Made by a program: the position numbers and the translations under genes | Shown here: positions 53,624 to 63,200 of the stretch, piece by piece | How the letters are laid out: each line of letters begins with the position of its first letter | How positions within the stretch are numbered: position 1 is the stretch's first letter | Assembly: GCA_017507045.1 (NCBI GenBank) | Contig: JAFWBP010000016.1 | Coordinates: 231-64,230, forward strand | Direction of reading: 5' to 3' | Source: Clostridia bacterium | GTDB lineage: Bacteria; Bacillota; Clostridia; Christensenellales; Borkfalkiaceae | DNA: 64,000 bases | Notes under the pieces: model-generated | The model's input: only the letters and a program-made list of their open reading frames with translations | Told to the model about the DNA's origin: nothing | Databases searched by the model: none

Positions 53624-54553
53624 TCACAGCACCTCCAGATCTTTCCCCGTAACTTTTAAGAAAACGTTATCCATATTTCCCTTTAAAACTTCGAAATCTT
53701 CGAAAAATTCGGGGTACTTCGCAATAAATCCGGCAATTTCCTTGGTGCCGCTTTGCATTTCCACATCAAGGAAATCACGCTCGCGCTTGCTGCAGTAGCC
53801 GAGGGAGGTAAATAACCTTTCCGCCTCGTTGATGTGATCGTAGAATCGGATAATATCGGCTGCGTATTTACTTTTCAGCTCGTGCGGCGTGCCTTCTGCA
53901 ACCTTTTTCCCTCCATCTAAAATCACAACATAATCGGCAACTGCCGCCTCTTCCATGTAGTGCGTGGTGAGAAAAACGGTAAGTCCGCGCTCTTTGCGCA
54001 GCTTTTCTATCACATTCCACACCGTGATGCGCGTTTGCGGATCCAGCCCCGTTGTGGGCTCATCCAAGATGAGTAGCTCCGGATCATGGAGCAATGCGCG
54101 CGCAATATCTGCGCGCCGTTTTTGCCCACCCGAAAGCTTGACAAGGGGGCGGTTTAAGATCTCTTTTAAACCCAACATTTCATCCAATTTTGCAAGGCGG
54201 GCTTCAAAGGCTTCACCGAAAATGCCGTAGGTCGCCGCGCGGCATTGTAAGTTTTCATAAACGGAAAGGCGCTTATCAAGCACGGAGCTTTGGAATACGA
54301 TTCCGATTTTTCCTTTAATTCGCTCGGGATTGCACTCGATATCTTCTCCGCAAACGCGAACTTTTCCGCTATCCTTATTTAGGATGCCGCTTATAACGTT
54401 GATGGTGGTGGATTTTCCTGCACCGTTCACGCCGAGAAAGGCAAACAGTTCGCCTTTTTGCACGGAAAAAGAGAGATCATCCACCGCTTTTACTTCTTTG
54501 AAGGATTTTTTCAAATGGTCGATTTCAATGATGGTAGTTTCTGAGGTACTCAT
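53624..54553 (-). CDS. ABC transporter ATP-binding protein (ABC-2/DrrA-like)
   Basis: GVNGAGKSTT, LSGGQKRRADIA and LILDEPTTGLD. The ATG at 54553 forms an ATGA overlap with the abrB-like stop. Confidence 0.92.
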   Translation of the reverse strand: MSTSETTIIEIDHLKKSFKEVKAVDDLSFSVQKGELFAFLGVNGAGKSTTINVISGILNKDSGKVRVCGEDIECNPERIKGKIGIVFQSSVLDKRLSVYENLQCRAATYGIFGEAFEARLAKLDEMLGLKEILNRPLVKLSGGQKRRADIARALLHDPELLILDEPTTGLDPQTRITVWNVIEKLRKERGLTVFLTTHYMEEAAVADYVVILDGGKKVAEGTPHELKSKYAADIIRFYDHINEAERLFTSLGYCSKRERDFLDVEMQSGTKEIAGFIAKYPEFFEDFEVLKGNMDNVFLKVTGKDLEVL

Positions 54554-54771
54554 TTCTCTTCGCTTCCTTTGATGTTTTTCACCGCATTCCAAAACGTTTC
54601 CGCATAGGAAAAAGGTTGCAGGGCAATGCCTTGCCCTTTATCAGCCATTAAAATGAGGGAAGCGCCCGTTTTCAGCGCAAACATATCCCGCACTTCTTTT
54701 GGGATCACGATTTGCCCTTTGGGGCCAATCTTAACGGTTGCCAAATATTTACCGTTTGGAAAATTTTCCAT
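54550..54771 (-). CDS. AbrB/MazE/SpoVT-family DNA-binding protein
   Basis: ATVKIGPKGQIVIPKEVRDMFALKTG is a swapped-hairpin barrel motif. Confidence 0.85.
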   Translation of the reverse strand: MENFPNGKYLATVKIGPKGQIVIPKEVRDMFALKTGASLILMADKGQGIALQPFSYAETFWNAVKNIKGSEEK

Positions 54772-54816
54772 ACTGCCTCCTTTGTTGGAATTGTATTACT
54801 TTTCCAACCAATATCT

Positions 54817-54845
54817 ATTATAGCAGCATTTTATAAAGCTGTCAA
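54817..54845 (-). promoter_or_regulatory. Consensus sigmaA promoter of the abrB-like/ABC operon
   Basis: On the minus strand: TTGACA (54845-54840), a 17-nt spacer, then TATAAT (54822-54817). An inverted repeat GTTGGAA...TTCCAAC lies in the leader. Confidence 0.7.
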
Positions 54846-54871
54846 GTGATTCGAGAAAAAAAGGGGGGGGG

Positions 54872-54910
54872 TTAAAAACAGAAAAAGAGACTCTAAGTAT
54901 AGAGTCTCTT
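54872..54910 (-). terminator. Intrinsic terminator of tRNA-Leu
   Basis: 10-bp stem AAGAGACTCT/AGAGTCTCTT followed on the minus strand by TTTCTGTTTTT. Confidence 0.8.
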
Positions 54911-54913
54911 TTC

Positions 54914-55000
54914 TGGTGCCGGTGATCGGGGTCGAACCGATACGGTATCACTACCACAGGATTTTGAGTCCAGCGCGTCTGCCAATTCCACCACACCGGC
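54914..55000 (-). tRNA. tRNA-Leu (anticodon CAA), type II with long variable arm, CCA encoded
   Basis: Minus strand reads GCCGGTG..CTCAAAA loop..T-arm ATCGG TTCGACC CCGAT..CACCGGC A CCA. The acceptor stem pairs perfectly. There is one U-U mismatch in the anticodon stem. Confidence 0.9.
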
Positions 55001-55009
55001 GTCTATAAA

Positions 55010-55038
55010 ATTATACCTTAGCCGCAGAGAAAAGGCAA
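55010..55038 (-). promoter_or_regulatory. SigmaA promoter of tRNA-Leu
   Basis: On the minus strand: TTGCCT, a 17-nt spacer, then TATAAT, ending 9 nt before the mature 5' end. Confidence 0.6.
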
Positions 55039-55056
55039 GCGATTTTCTCGTTTTTC

Positions 55057-55085
55057 TTGCAAATTTTCCAAAAGCGTGCTAAAAT
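55057..55085 (+). promoter_or_regulatory. SigmaA promoter of polA-coaE
   Basis: TTGCAA, a 17-nt spacer, then TAAAAT; the ATG follows 6 nt later. Confidence 0.65.
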
Positions 55086-55091
55086 GTAGTT

Positions 55092-57623
55092 ATGGATAAA
55101 CTTATACTCATCGACGGCAACAGCCTTTTAAACCGCGCCTTCTACGCTATGAGCGTTTTTTCTACGAAGGAGGGGCTTCCCACCAACGGCATCTTCGGCT
55201 TTATCAAGCTGCTTTTCAAAATCATTGAGGATGAAAAGCCGGCTTACCTTGCCGTTGCGTTCGACGTGCACGCACCCACCTTCCGCCATACGATGTACGA
55301 TGGCTATAAGGCAACGAGAAAACCGATGCCCACGGAGCTTGCAATGCAAGTTCCCGTGCTCAAAGAGCTTCTTCACACCATGAATATCTGCACGGTGGAG
55401 CTTGCCGGCTACGAGGCGGATGACGTCATCGGCACGCTATCGAAAAAATACCCGGATATTAAAGTGCTCATTTACACGGGCGATCGCGATTCCTATCAGC
55501 TCGTTTCAAAGAACGTAGATATTTGCTTTACCAAGCGGGGCGTGAGCGATCTCGATCGCCTCACTGCCGAGAATTTTTTCGAAAAGACGGGGCTGACCCC
55601 TGCGCAGATCATCGAGGAAAAATCGCTCATGGGAGATTCCTCGGATAATATTCCCGGCGTGCGTGGAATTGGGCCGAAGAGTGCAATCGCGCTCTTACAG
55701 CGCTACGGCGATCTGGAGGGTGTTTACGCGCATATTGAAGAAATTACAGGTGCAACGCGCCGTAAATTAGAAGAGGGCAGGGAGCTTGCCTATCTCTCGC
55801 GCACGCTCGCAACGATTGATACGAACGTTCCGCTCAATACCTCGCTTGAGGATTGTGCGCTGAAACTTCCGTTTTCCGAAGAGGCGCGCACCTTCTTTGC
55901 TCGGCTCGAATTCCGATCTCTTGTGGATAGCGCATTCTTTCCTGCCGAGCGCTTGCAAACGGCAGAGCCTGCGATCGAGTGTGATGATCTCAATGCTTTA
56001 CCCTTCGATGGCGCGGAAGAATTCGCTTTTTGCCTCGAGCAAGAGGGGATATACCTCGCTTTCGGCGGAAAGAACTATCTTTTGCGCTTCAAAGAAAACT
56101 TTTTTATGCCGGGATTCTTCTTGGAAGAACTGAAGCCCTTTCTTTTCAAGCTCTTCACGGGCGAAGCGCGCGCCGTCGTTGCCGATTACAAGGCACTTGC
56201 ACACGAACTGGATGCCTTGGGAATTGCGATCACCTGCCCCGTGGAAGACGTAGGGCTTTTGCGCTATCTTTTAGATTCCAACGTGCGCCCTGCAACTGCC
56301 AAGGAATTTGCCAAAGATTATGCGCTACCTGAAGATAACTGTGCCGGCGCACTTCTTCGCACTTTCCGCGATACGGCGCAAGCGCTCAAGGGAACGGCGG
56401 AAGAAAAACTCTACCGCGAGCTTGAGCTTCCGCTTGCCAAGGTGCTGTTTGAAATGGAAAAAGCGGGCGTGCGTGTAGATACGGCAAAATTTTCCGAGTT
56501 TTCCGAAAGATTCAAGGGAGAGCTTTCGGCGCTTTCTGAACGCATTTATTCGATTGCCGGAGTCATCTTTAACCTCAATTCACCCGCACAGCTCTCAGAG
56601 GTTCTCTTTGAACGGCTCGGATACAGCCCGAAGGGCGTGAAAAAAAATGCACGAGGCGGATATTCTACGAATGCAGAAGTGCTCGAAAAGCTTGCAGAGG
56701 AACACGAGATCGCGCGCCTCATTCTGCGCTATCGGGAAATTCAAAAGCTTCAATCAACCTATGTGGACGGCATACGCCCGCTCGTGCGAGGCGACGTTAT
56801 CCACACAACCTACAATCAAACGGTAACCACAACGGGGCGGCTCTCGAGCACCAATCCTAATTTGCAGAACATTCCCGTTCGCACCGAAGAGGGAAGGGAG
56901 CTGCGCAAGCTCTTCATTGCACGTGAGGGGCGCTCCTTCATCGATGCCGATTATTCGCAAATAGAGCTTCGTTTGCTCGCGCATTTCTCCGGTTGTACGG
57001 CGCTGATTGAAGCATACCGAAAGGGTGAGGATATCCACGCGGCAACCGCCGCGCGCATCTTCGGCGTGCCGCTTTCCGAGGTAACCACCGCTATGCGCAG
57101 AAGGGCAAAAACGATCAACTTCGGCATCATCTACGGCATGAGCGCCTTCGGCCTTTCCAAGGATCTCGGCTGCTCCGCAAGCGAGGCACAGAGCTATATC
57201 ACGAAATATTTCGAAATGCACCCCGAGGTGCGTACCTATATGGATGCAAACGTGAAAATGGCGAAAGAGGAGGGCTTCGTTACCACCGTTCTCGGCAGAA
57301 AGCGCTACATTCCCGAGTTGCGCGCTTCGAACTTCAATCTCCGCGCCTTCGGTGAGCGCGCGGCAATGAATATGCCCCTGCAGGGAAGCGCTGCAGATAT
57401 CATCAAGATTGCAATGCTCCGCGTTACCGAGCGCCTGAAGGCGGAAGGGCTTAGAGCGAAAATGGTGCTTCAGGTGCACGATGAACTCGTGCTGGATGCG
57501 CCGCTCGAAGAGTTGGAGCAGGCAAAAGCGCTCCTCAAAGAGGAGATGGAGGGCGCAATCGCGCTCAGCGTGCCGCTCACGGCAGAGGTTTCCGTAGGTA
57601 GGAGCTGGTATGATGCAAAGTAA
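55092..57623 (+). CDS. polA: DNA polymerase I
   Basis: 5'-nuclease N-terminus (LILIDGNSLLNRAFYA), pol motifs (DYSQIELR, RRRAKTINFGIIYG, QVHDEL). Confidence 0.95.
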   Translation: MDKLILIDGNSLLNRAFYAMSVFSTKEGLPTNGIFGFIKLLFKIIEDEKPAYLAVAFDVHAPTFRHTMYDGYKATRKPMPTELAMQVPVLKELLHTMNICTVELAGYEADDVIGTLSKKYPDIKVLIYTGDRDSYQLVSKNVDICFTKRGVSDLDRLTAENFFEKTGLTPAQIIEEKSLMGDSSDNIPGVRGIGPKSAIALLQRYGDLEGVYAHIEEITGATRRKLEEGRELAYLSRTLATIDTNVPLNTSLEDCALKLPFSEEARTFFARLEFRSLVDSAFFPAERLQTAEPAIECDDLNALPFDGAEEFAFCLEQEGIYLAFGGKNYLLRFKENFFMPGFFLEELKPFLFKLFTGEARAVVADYKALAHELDALGIAITCPVEDVGLLRYLLDSNVRPATAKEFAKDYALPEDNCAGALLRTFRDTAQALKGTAEEKLYRELELPLAKVLFEMEKAGVRVDTAKFSEFSERFKGELSALSERIYSIAGVIFNLNSPAQLSEVLFERLGYSPKGVKKNARGGYSTNAEVLEKLAEEHEIARLILRYREIQKLQSTYVDGIRPLVRGDVIHTTYNQTVTTTGRLSSTNPNLQNIPVRTEEGRELRKLFIAREGRSFIDADYSQIELRLLAHFSGCTALIEAYRKGEDIHAATAARIFGVPLSEVTTAMRRRAKTINFGIIYGMSAFGLSKDLGCSASEAQSYITKYFEMHPEVRTYMDANVKMAKEEGFVTTVLGRKRYIPELRASNFNLRAFGERAAMNMPLQGSAADIIKIAMLRVTERLKAEGLRAKMVLQVHDELVLDAPLEELEQAKALLKEEMEGAIALSVPLTAEVSVGRSWYDAK

Positions 57624-58194
57624 AAAATTTGCGATCACGGGCGGCATTGCAAGCGGAAAATCCGTTGTTTTGGAAATTTTTAGAAGAAAAGGTTTTGCCA
57701 CTTTTTCCTGCGACGAAATCTCGCGCGAGCTTTGGGAAGATGAGGGCTACCGCGCAGGTCTTTGCGAACTTTTTCCCGAATGCGCACCGCGCGGCGAGAT
57801 AGATAAACGTGCGCTTTCTGCACTCGTTTTTTCCGATGAAAAGGCGCTTATGCGCCTCAATGCATACGCACACCCGCGTATTTTACAAGAGCTTACACGC
57901 CGAATGGAAGGGGAAAACATTGCGTTTGCGGAGGTTCCGCTCCTTTTCGAATGTGCTCTTGAAGATAAATTTGACGGCGTAATAGCCGTAAGACGGGGGT
58001 ACCATGTCCGCATTCAAGCCGCACGAACGCGTGATGGACTCACGGAGGAAGAAGTGCGCTTGCGTATGGCGCGGCAGTTTAACCCAGCCGCCTACGAAAA
58101 GATGCCTTGTGATATTTTAGAAAACAACGGCTCGCTCGAAGATCTTGAAAACAAGGTGGAAGCGTGGCTGAAATTGCACGGCGTTTCGCACTAA
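57610..58194 (+). CDS. coaE: Dephospho-CoA kinase
   Basis: ITGGIASGKS P-loop; overlaps polA by 14 nt. Confidence 0.9.
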   Translation: MMQSKKFAITGGIASGKSVVLEIFRRKGFATFSCDEISRELWEDEGYRAGLCELFPECAPRGEIDKRALSALVFSDEKALMRLNAYAHPRILQELTRRMEGENIAFAEVPLLFECALEDKFDGVIAVRRGYHVRIQAARTRDGLTEEEVRLRMARQFNPAAYEKMPCDILENNGSLEDLENKVEAWLKLHGVSH

Positions 58195-58308
58195 ATGAAA
58201 ATCGCAAAAATCGGTGGAAAACTTGTTTATGCAAGATGAAACCGCGGTATATATATCGTGTCGGATGAAAACGCCCGGGAGGCGTCGTCCGCCAAGGAGG
58301 TTGGTAAC

Positions 58309-59418
58309 ATGTTCATTTCATTCGTTATTGGCGTGCTCTTTTTCCTTCTTACGGCAGGCGGCATTGCGGCTGCCTTCTTCATGCATCGTAAGCGGATGCG
58401 CCAACTCTACAAGTGGGTTGCAATCGGCGTTGCAGGCTTCTTCGGTGTGCTTTTTCTCATCGTTCCCTTCAGCATTCACACCGTTGATACGGGCGAGATA
58501 GCCGTTGTAAAGCACCTTGGTAAGGCAGTTGGCGTGCGCACACCCGGCACTTACTTCGATTTCTGGATGACGGAGGAATACGCCACCTACGATTCGAAAG
58601 TGCAAAATCTTGAGTTGGATGCGGCAACCTATTCGAAGGATGCACAAACGATGGAGATCGCCATGGTGGTGCAATATTCTATCAAGCAAGATAAAGCGCT
58701 TGAGATTGCGCAACAATACGGCTCGCTCACGCTTTTAGGGAATCGTATCACTTCGGTTGCGGAGGCAACGACGAAATCCACACTCTCAAAGTATTCCGCA
58801 ATGGAGATTATCGAAAACCGTGCGAAAATCGGTATGGAAGTGGAATCCGAAGTAAAACAAGTGATTGATGAAACTTTCTACATAAATATCGAAAAGGTGG
58901 TGCTCACGAACATTGATTTCTCCGATGCCTTTGAAAAGACGGTTGAAGATAAAATGATCGCCGAACAGGAAAAGCTGAAGGCGGAGTACGAAAAGGAAAC
59001 GGCGCTCGTAAAGGCGGAGCAAGAGCTTGAGGTGGCAAAACTTCAGGCGGAAGCTCGCATCGCTGCAGCAAAGGGTGAAGCGGAAGCGCAACTCCTCATT
59101 GCGCAGGCAGAGGCAAACGCAATCAAGGCAAAATCCGTTGAAATTGCCCGTGCGCTCGGCTTTGAAATCCTCGAAACGCTCGTATTTGAAACGGACGAAA
59201 ATGGCGATCCCGTACAAACCGCCGTGGAATATACGATCAACTTCGAAGGCAAGAGCGAAGCGCAGATCGCGATGATCACCGATTATTTGAAGTACGTAGC
59301 TTACCTCGAAGCTTGGAATGGCGAGCTTCCCGATACCGTGGTTACGGGTGAAAACGGCAGCTTCATTCTTCCGCTTCCGGGCGGCGAAGAAAGCGCACCC
59401 GAAGCGGATAAGGCTTAA
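58309..59418 (+). CDS. SPFH/band-7 (prohibitin-like) membrane protein
   Basis: An N-terminal TM pair, an SPFH core (VDTGEIAVVKHLGK...), and an Ala/Glu coiled coil. AGGAGG RBS before the ATG at 58309. Confidence 0.8.
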   Translation: MFISFVIGVLFFLLTAGGIAAAFFMHRKRMRQLYKWVAIGVAGFFGVLFLIVPFSIHTVDTGEIAVVKHLGKAVGVRTPGTYFDFWMTEEYATYDSKVQNLELDAATYSKDAQTMEIAMVVQYSIKQDKALEIAQQYGSLTLLGNRITSVAEATTKSTLSKYSAMEIIENRAKIGMEVESEVKQVIDETFYINIEKVVLTNIDFSDAFEKTVEDKMIAEQEKLKAEYEKETALVKAEQELEVAKLQAEARIAAAKGEAEAQLLIAQAEANAIKAKSVEIARALGFEILETLVFETDENGDPVQTAVEYTINFEGKSEAQIAMITDYLKYVAYLEAWNGELPDTVVTGENGSFILPLPGGEESAPEADKA

Positions 59419-59435
59419 CTAGTTCATATCATCAA

Positions 59436-59468
59436 AGGGCGGAGATTTTCTCCGCCCTGTCGTTTTTT
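59436..59468 (+). terminator. Intrinsic terminator of the SPFH gene
   Basis: AGGGCGGAGA/TCTCCGCCCT followed by GTCGTTTTTT. Confidence 0.8.
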
Positions 59469-59542
59469 CAAAGCTCATTTTTTCACGCCCAGTGCTATAC
59501 AAGCCGCGTGGCACAATTGCACAAGTTTGCATATCATACTGT

Positions 59543-60043
59543 ATGCCAAACTATGAAATTCTTCCTTACGATCGCGAAGCTGCCGTTGCCTACGCCCGCC
59601 GCTGGGCTTTTTCAAGAAACCCTGCCTACTACGATTTCAGCGCAATCGGCGGCGATTGCACCAACTTTGCCTCGCAATGCATCTATGCGGGAGCGAAGAT
59701 TATGAACTTTACGCCCACACTCGGCTGGTTCTACCGTTCGGCATCCAACCGCACCGCCTCTTGGACGGGCGTGGAATACCTCTACAACTTTCTCACAGCC
59801 AATGCTTCCGAAGGCCCGTTTGCTAAGGAAGTGCCGCTATCCGAGCTTCAGCGAGGGGATATCGTGCAGCTTGCAAGTGCCACGGGGGATTTCTATCATT
59901 CGCCCGTTGTGGTGGGATTTTCCGCTGGAGAAATCCTCGTTGCCGCACATTCCTATGATGCGTTTGATAAACGGCTCTCATCGTACGGCGCAGCCATCAC
60001 GCGAGGTTTGCATATCAGCGGCGTGCGCAGAATCTTTTCTTGA
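59543..60043 (+). CDS. Putative amidase-domain protein (Amidase_6-like)
   Basis: AVAYARRWAFSRNPAYYDF..GGDCTNFASQCIYAG...HS. The start is uncertain because no clear RBS is visible. Confidence 0.65.
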   Translation: MPNYEILPYDREAAVAYARRWAFSRNPAYYDFSAIGGDCTNFASQCIYAGAKIMNFTPTLGWFYRSASNRTASWTGVEYLYNFLTANASEGPFAKEVPLSELQRGDIVQLASATGDFYHSPVVVGFSAGEILVAAHSYDAFDKRLSSYGAAITRGLHISGVRRIFS

Positions 60044-60166
60044 GTTCAAAATTTTTCTTTTATAAAAAGAAAATCTGAAAAAATCTCCCCTTTTTACGAG
60101 TGGGAGATATTCTTTTGTCATAGAAAAAAATTACAAACCAGCTAAAACTTTTTTTGCACGAAGTAC

Positions 60167-60195
60167 TTGACATCGCGCACGTATGAGTATATTAT
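60167..60195 (+). promoter_or_regulatory. SigmaA promoter of the giant surface-protein gene
   Basis: TTGACA, a 17-nt spacer, then TATTAT; the leader is about 70 nt. Confidence 0.6.
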
Positions 60196-60268
60196 AGTAT
60201 TGTTTCGGTACAATTTTCAAAAAAGTACACTTTATGAACAATTTTGTATTTTGGAGAGGAATATTCAT

Positions 60269-63200
60269 ATGGTGAAAAATTATAAGAGAAATTTGCTCAT
60301 TTATTTGCTTTCGCTTTGCCTTGTGGCGGTATTTTCGCTCACGGCTGCTTTTGCTGTGTTTGAAGGAAAGAAGCCGGTAGAGGCAGCGCTTTCGGCAGAT
60401 GTAGGCGAGCTTTACGCCGGTAACCGCGATGCGGGAGGAAAAGTATTCGATAAAGGCGAGCTGCAAAAGCTCTTTGCGCTATTATCGGGTACCGAAAACG
60501 CTGAGTTGAGCGATCTGAATACCATGGCAACGCGGCAGGGCTGGGTTGCACAGGGTAGTATGGAGAGAAAACTTACTTATAGTGGTAATTGGTTCACGGG
60601 ATATAGTTACAGTGAAACTGGGGAATGGAGAGCATTTGAAGATACCGATAGCGGTATAGCGGACGGTTACAACGTGAAATCGCCCACCTTGGGAACGGGC
60701 GCGCAAACTTGGATACTGGGCGATAACCCTACTACCAGCGAAAAAGGTGCTCTTGTCCGCGCAAATTCGGTGAAGGCAGGTGGCTTTGCCAGCCCCAATA
60801 TTATTATCACGCTGGGTGGGCTCAAATGGTACCCCGTGTTTTTAACAACGCAAAATAATGGTACCACTGCAAGTGATTCCAATCACATTATTCTCACCCT
60901 TTGGTCCGCTGAAACGGATTACACTTCCACGTGGGGCGGAAATTCGAATGAGTACGCCAATAGCACCGTGCGCAACTATTTGAATACTGCCGAGGTTTGG
61001 AAAAAGTTCACCGAGAACACCACCGGGGCTAATAATGACCTTTATAATTACATCGTAGCCCCGAAGGATGTTGCATACCAACAAAATCAAAAACTTTTAA
61101 GTACTCCCGTCAACGTTAACGATGCGATGCTTGGAAGTGCAGATTCAGGGGCGAATAATTATGTGTATGCACAAACTGAAACGGGCAAGTGGCGAGCTGA
61201 TATGCAGGAATACCCGAACACGGCGAGCAACGGCGCTGCTTGGGCAAGCGATAAGCTTTGGCTTCCAAGCTATAACGAAGCAGGCGTAAGGGCAAGATAC
61301 ACGTATACTCGCGGAGTTGCCGAGGACTGGAGTGGTATTATTGGAGGAGAGGCTCACGCTTATAACAGTTCAGTTGTGCAATATGTAGGCGATCTTTACC
61401 CCGGCACCGTTTGGGGCGCCAACGAAACTCAGGGAACGGCACACTATTCCATGAGCACGGGTGATATTGTATGGCTGAGAACGGGCGGCATGGATGCCAC
61501 GAACACCAATACAGCTTTGGCTTACGCCACGGCAATCGGCTCGGATGGCAAGCACGTGGAAACAAACGGCTATGAGGGCGCAGCCGTTTCAGAAGAAGGC
61601 ATTGTTCGCCCGGCGCTCCACCTCGATCTCACTGCAGCATGGGCTGCTGCCGCTCTTACTCGATCGTTTGATGAAGTTCTTGATCAAGAGGCGCTCAGCG
61701 AAGCCGGTCTTACCGCTGTTCCGGGAGAAAACGGCATTTATGAGTACGTTTATGATGGAAAAACTCCTTCGATTAAGCTGAAAGATGGAAGAGTGTTTAC
61801 CGCTTCAAATGAAAACGTTGGTGATTACTCCTTCAGTGTTGATCCTACAGAGGGATACATTTGGAAGGATTATAATCCCATTCTACCGGGTGGCGCTGTG
61901 CGCGAAGGCGATCTTGTAATTCGTATCCGAAAGCGAAGGATCAACGCCTATGTTTCAGGTGTTGCACCGTACCAAGATGAGTTTATACCGGCTTCCTCTC
62001 AAGTAATGTTCCTCGATGCGGATGGTGTGCTCGCACCTTCGCAGATAAGCGCCATGCTTGTAAACGTGAACTATACCTTTGAATGGTGCGAGGTCGGTCA
62101 TGAAAATGACAATGAGTGGGTTAATACCACCACCGGATTTGGTCCGGAAAGCTTACTTTCCGCGAAGATTTCGCTTACAGTTGCCGATCCCGATGTTCCT
62201 TCTACGGCAAATAACTTTGAAGTAGTTCACACGATCAGCTCCGTCACCGTGGGAGACGTGCAAGTTTATGCGCCCACCATCCAAAGCCTTTCCTATAACG
62301 GTGCTGCACAGATACTCGGTAACCGTTCTTTAAATGAACTTATTGCATTGTTTAACGAGGCTGAGCCCACTTTCACCGGTGTGAAGGATTATGGTGAAAC
62401 GTGGCAAACGCTTATTCAGCAAATCAAGCCTTATGATCACGGTGAGAATGGGCCGAACTATACGGACGTAAATGTTGGCACTACCACGAGTTATTACGTG
62501 CGTATTTCACTCAAAGCCGGCTATAAATGGAATACCAGCGCAACGATGAATGCACGCATTGAAGTTGAGAAGATAGGGGATGCGATGCTGGAAACCCTAA
62601 TTCTTGGCTACAGCATTATTCCGCGCCAAGTTACCGTGAATGTAAAATCTGATCCCGTGATCTTTAATAATAGCAATCTCTTTGATGCGATTACGTATGA
62701 TTTTGCAGATACAGGCAACTTGAATAACACCCAATGGGGCGGTGCGAATTCGATGGCGGAAACGATGCGCTTTAACGCCGCGTTTGATGGCGGAATTGCA
62801 CCCGGTACCACGGTTACCAATGCCGGCGAATATACGCTTAACAATTTTATTCCGCTTGATCAGAATTTCACCGTAACGATCGGAGAGAATAGAACCTTCA
62901 CCGTAGCCAAGCGTTCGATCACCGCTGTTTCAAGCGGTAACCCGGCATATACTGGCTCTACGCAAAGAGCCACGATAACCTTTGAAGATGTTGCGGGCAC
63001 GCTGAATAACGTAACCGAACTCATTGGGTCAAATTTTAGCGCAACGTATTCCTTGGGCGGAAACACGCAAGATCCGATCAATGCAGGCGCGTATTCCGTA
63101 TCTGTAGCGCTCTTCGGGGCTTCCGCTGTGAATTTCGAGTTGGAAAGCGAAAGTGCTGGTACGTATGAAATCACGCAAGCTATAAACGAGTGGCTAATTG

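Noticed and set aside
52660-54913. The abrB-ABC cassette considered as an island integrated at the tRNA-Leu 3' end.
   Set aside because: No direct repeat of the tRNA 3' end is visible at the far boundary (52660-52710), no integrase is present, and the composition looks similar to the flanks.
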